Assembly: GCF_009914755.1 (NCBI RefSeq)
Contig: NC_060941.1
Reading direction: 5' to 3' (one strand)
Source of the DNA: the human T2T-CHM13v2.0 reference genome, Homo sapiens
Length of the DNA: 64,000 nucleotides
A program made the position numbers and the translations under genes. The notes under the pieces were generated by a model that saw nothing but the letters and a program-made list of their open reading frames with translations, ran no database searches and was not told the DNA's origin. This document shows positions 60,956 through 64,000 of this stretch, in pieces; position 1 is the first letter of the stretch; each line of letters begins with the position of its first letter.

Positions 60956-63301
60956 TCAATACACTTCTGGTGGTTGGATTTGAGGTGTCTCATTACCCAC
61001 TTATAAGTTGCTGGCCAAGGTGCCTACGAAGTCATCACAATTCTCCATTCAGGCTGGTTTCTGCCTGTCATATGTCACCCCTTAAGCTACAGGGGCCAGG
61101 CCTATTTAGCAGAAAGAGGTTTCATTACCAGTAACACTGCTGACGCTTGAGCTCAGAGGTAGCAAGTTCCTCGCCCTGATGCTGCTGCTGTTCCCACCAG
61201 AGCCCTTGTCAAACATCATATGACATTCTTGATGAACCCAAATATGGGCTCGCAAACTTCAACTATAGGATGCTCCACTGATTATGGATGGGCTTATGAA
61301 TTGAAACCTAATTAAAATCCTGGTGAAGATCATGGGGGCTTAGGAAAAGGCTTCCAACATCTGGCAGAAGACAGGGTCTGATGACCTTGGACATTTCTTT
61401 GAATTCTAAGGACTATGATTCCATACTAGGTGGGGAGCAACATCACTGTTAGTCCTCCCTTATATTAAAAGGGAACATATATATTTATGTGTAATACATA
61501 GCATGCTTTGCCTTAACGTGACATTTTTTTGCAGCTTGTCTCAGTGAAGCTACATAGGGCTCAGGGAGACCTTGCCCAGGTAGGCTTGTAGGTGCTTATT
61601 CTAGAAACCCATCTGCTACTAACTGCAGCTGTCACTCAGAGTGAACTCACTGGCTGATCAAAGCCCTCCTCTTTCTGAGCATAAAATGAAATCTGAAAAG
61701 CAAAGCCATGTTGCTGACACCTCTTGGGCAAAGCCTTTTATAGGGGGAAGTGTCAATGTTTGTAGGTCCCATTTTTATGTCCTGCTCCAGTCCTGGCAAC
61801 CCCGCTGGCTGCTGTCAGCAGCCAAGAGGCACCAAGGGTGTGGAAAATCAAAGCTCTCTCTTGCCACCAGAGAGTTAAACCCCAAAAGGCCTGTACTGAA
61901 TGATTACTTGGAATGCTGAAAGGGTTTTTTTATTCTCTTTCAGGTCAGCTTTGCTGATATCCAGGGGCTAAGTATAACTGTAAGCATGAACATTTCAATA
62001 AATATGTTTCCTTCAATTACCCAGCTGGACAGTTTAGTTCACCAGACCCTGCAAGCATACAAAAGCTGCTGGGGAATTGTTGTGATTTAGATAATTTCTA
62101 ATCTCCTCTTTGCTTAACCTGCAGGGGCCATGGGCAGTCTCAGAGACCAGGGGGAAGAGAGAGGGAGGTGGGGAGAGCTTGTTCTCATCAACCTGAGATG
62201 TAGGTCCTTGGCTCAGCTTCAGGGACCGATGCTGCATTCACACCAAGAGGCTGAAAAATATTGTGCAAGGTGAAGGTACGTTGGTGGGGGGCTGGTAAGG
62301 GATGAGAGGTGGGGTGGAGAATGTGGAGCAGTCACAGGGAAGACGAGACAGAGCTGCTGCCTAGCTTGGGTGCTAGGAAGCGAAGGACCATCAATGGGGA
62401 CTCAGATTTTAGTCTCTGATATTACACCTCACACCCATTCGGCAAATTTCAGAGGGATTGTTGCTGGTTCATAGAGATCACCATTTTGATGTGTTACTTG
62501 AAATGAAATTTGGTAGCCCACTTGCCATGACAATATTACCTGTGATGTCTGCTTGGCTAAGCTCATTAAATAGGCAGTAGATTTATACTTAAATTACTTG
62601 ATCAGGGGACTAATGACTAGGGGGATGGCTTCTTGGTCATCATGGAAAAATTGCAAAGGACAGTGGAGAATCAGATCGAATTAGAACAATTGTTTGGGGG
62701 TTGAGTGAGCCTCTGTGGCCTGCGATGCTCTCCATGGGTGCACGTGTCCTGGGCTATCAGAATTCTAGATTTGTGGATATAATGGCAGCATTTAACTCTC
62801 CTCTTTCACTAATGTTTTCTGGGTGTCTGACATCTGTTTCTGCTCTAAAGGGTCCTCTGATTCCCCTTGAAGCACTGTTTCCTCCTTGTGTGATACAGTC
62901 TTATGGAAATGTCCTCATGGTCCAGTTATCCCATGACCCAGTCTTGGCCAGCTAGGTGATTCCTACACGTGACATGGCTCCTGGCATGGCCGGTGTTCCA
63001 GGGCACCCCAGTGGTCAGGTCCTAGCCAGAATATGGGACAAGTGTGGTGCCCAGGTACCTTCTTCTAGATCTGTTTTGGTTCCTAGCCTGGCTCAGCAAT
63101 CTCTCTTCAATGCTATACAACCCTGAGATCCCTTATGCTTAACTTAGTTGGAATTGAATTTCTTGTTGGCAGGAGCCTGTGTTTTTTTATTGAAGTTTTT
63201 ATTAATTCCAGGGCAGGGACTTTAGAGATCACAGAATCCTTCATGTGGTTGCTTTTGTCTTTATTTTTAACAGAAGAAGAAATTGAAGAGATCTGTGGAC
63301 T

Positions 63302-63586
63302 GGCCAGGCATAGTGGCTCATGCCTGTAATCCTAACATTTTGGGAGGCCGAGGTGGGCAGATTGCTTGAGCCCAAGAGTTTAAGAGAAGCCTGGAAAACA
63401 TGGTGAAACCCTTTCTCTACAAAAAATACAAAAAAAGAAAAATAGCTTGGTGTAGCATGCACTTGTGGTTTCAGCTACTCAGGAGGCTGAAGTAGAAGGA
63501 TGGCTTGAGCCTGGGAGGTAAAGGTTGCAGCAAGCTAAGATTGTACCACTGCACTCCAGCCTGGGCAAAAGAGCAAGACCCTATCT

Positions 63587-63619
<33 letters not shown>
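63302..63619 (+). mobile_element. AluJ
   Basis: TTGCTTGAGCCCAAGAG and GGATGGCTTGAGCCTGGG. Confidence 0.93.

Positions 63620-64000
<381 letters not shown>

Overview
Primate (human-like) non-coding, repeat-dense genomic DNA, intergenic or deep intronic. I find no supportable host protein-coding exon; the ORF track is explained by Alu, L1, L2, ERV and simple-repeat sequence or by chance. Contents: about 25 Alus plus one FAM monomer, several L1s (including a young L1PA with a twin-priming inversion), long L2 fossils that retain endonuclease and RT motifs, MaLR/ERVL/ERV1 LTRs, a degenerate ERVL-class provirus with nested insertions, a Ricksha (MULE) element carrying a captured ERVL fragment, hAT MITEs, MIRs and microsatellites. 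The only RNA-gene-derived feature is a tailless 5S rRNA retropseudogene inside an L1. I see no convincing previously undescribed biological system; the best leads are retrotransposition oddities and candidate cis-regulatory sites. Subfamily names come from recalled consensus sequences and need RepeatMasker/Dfam confirmation. Boundaries of old repeats are approximate.
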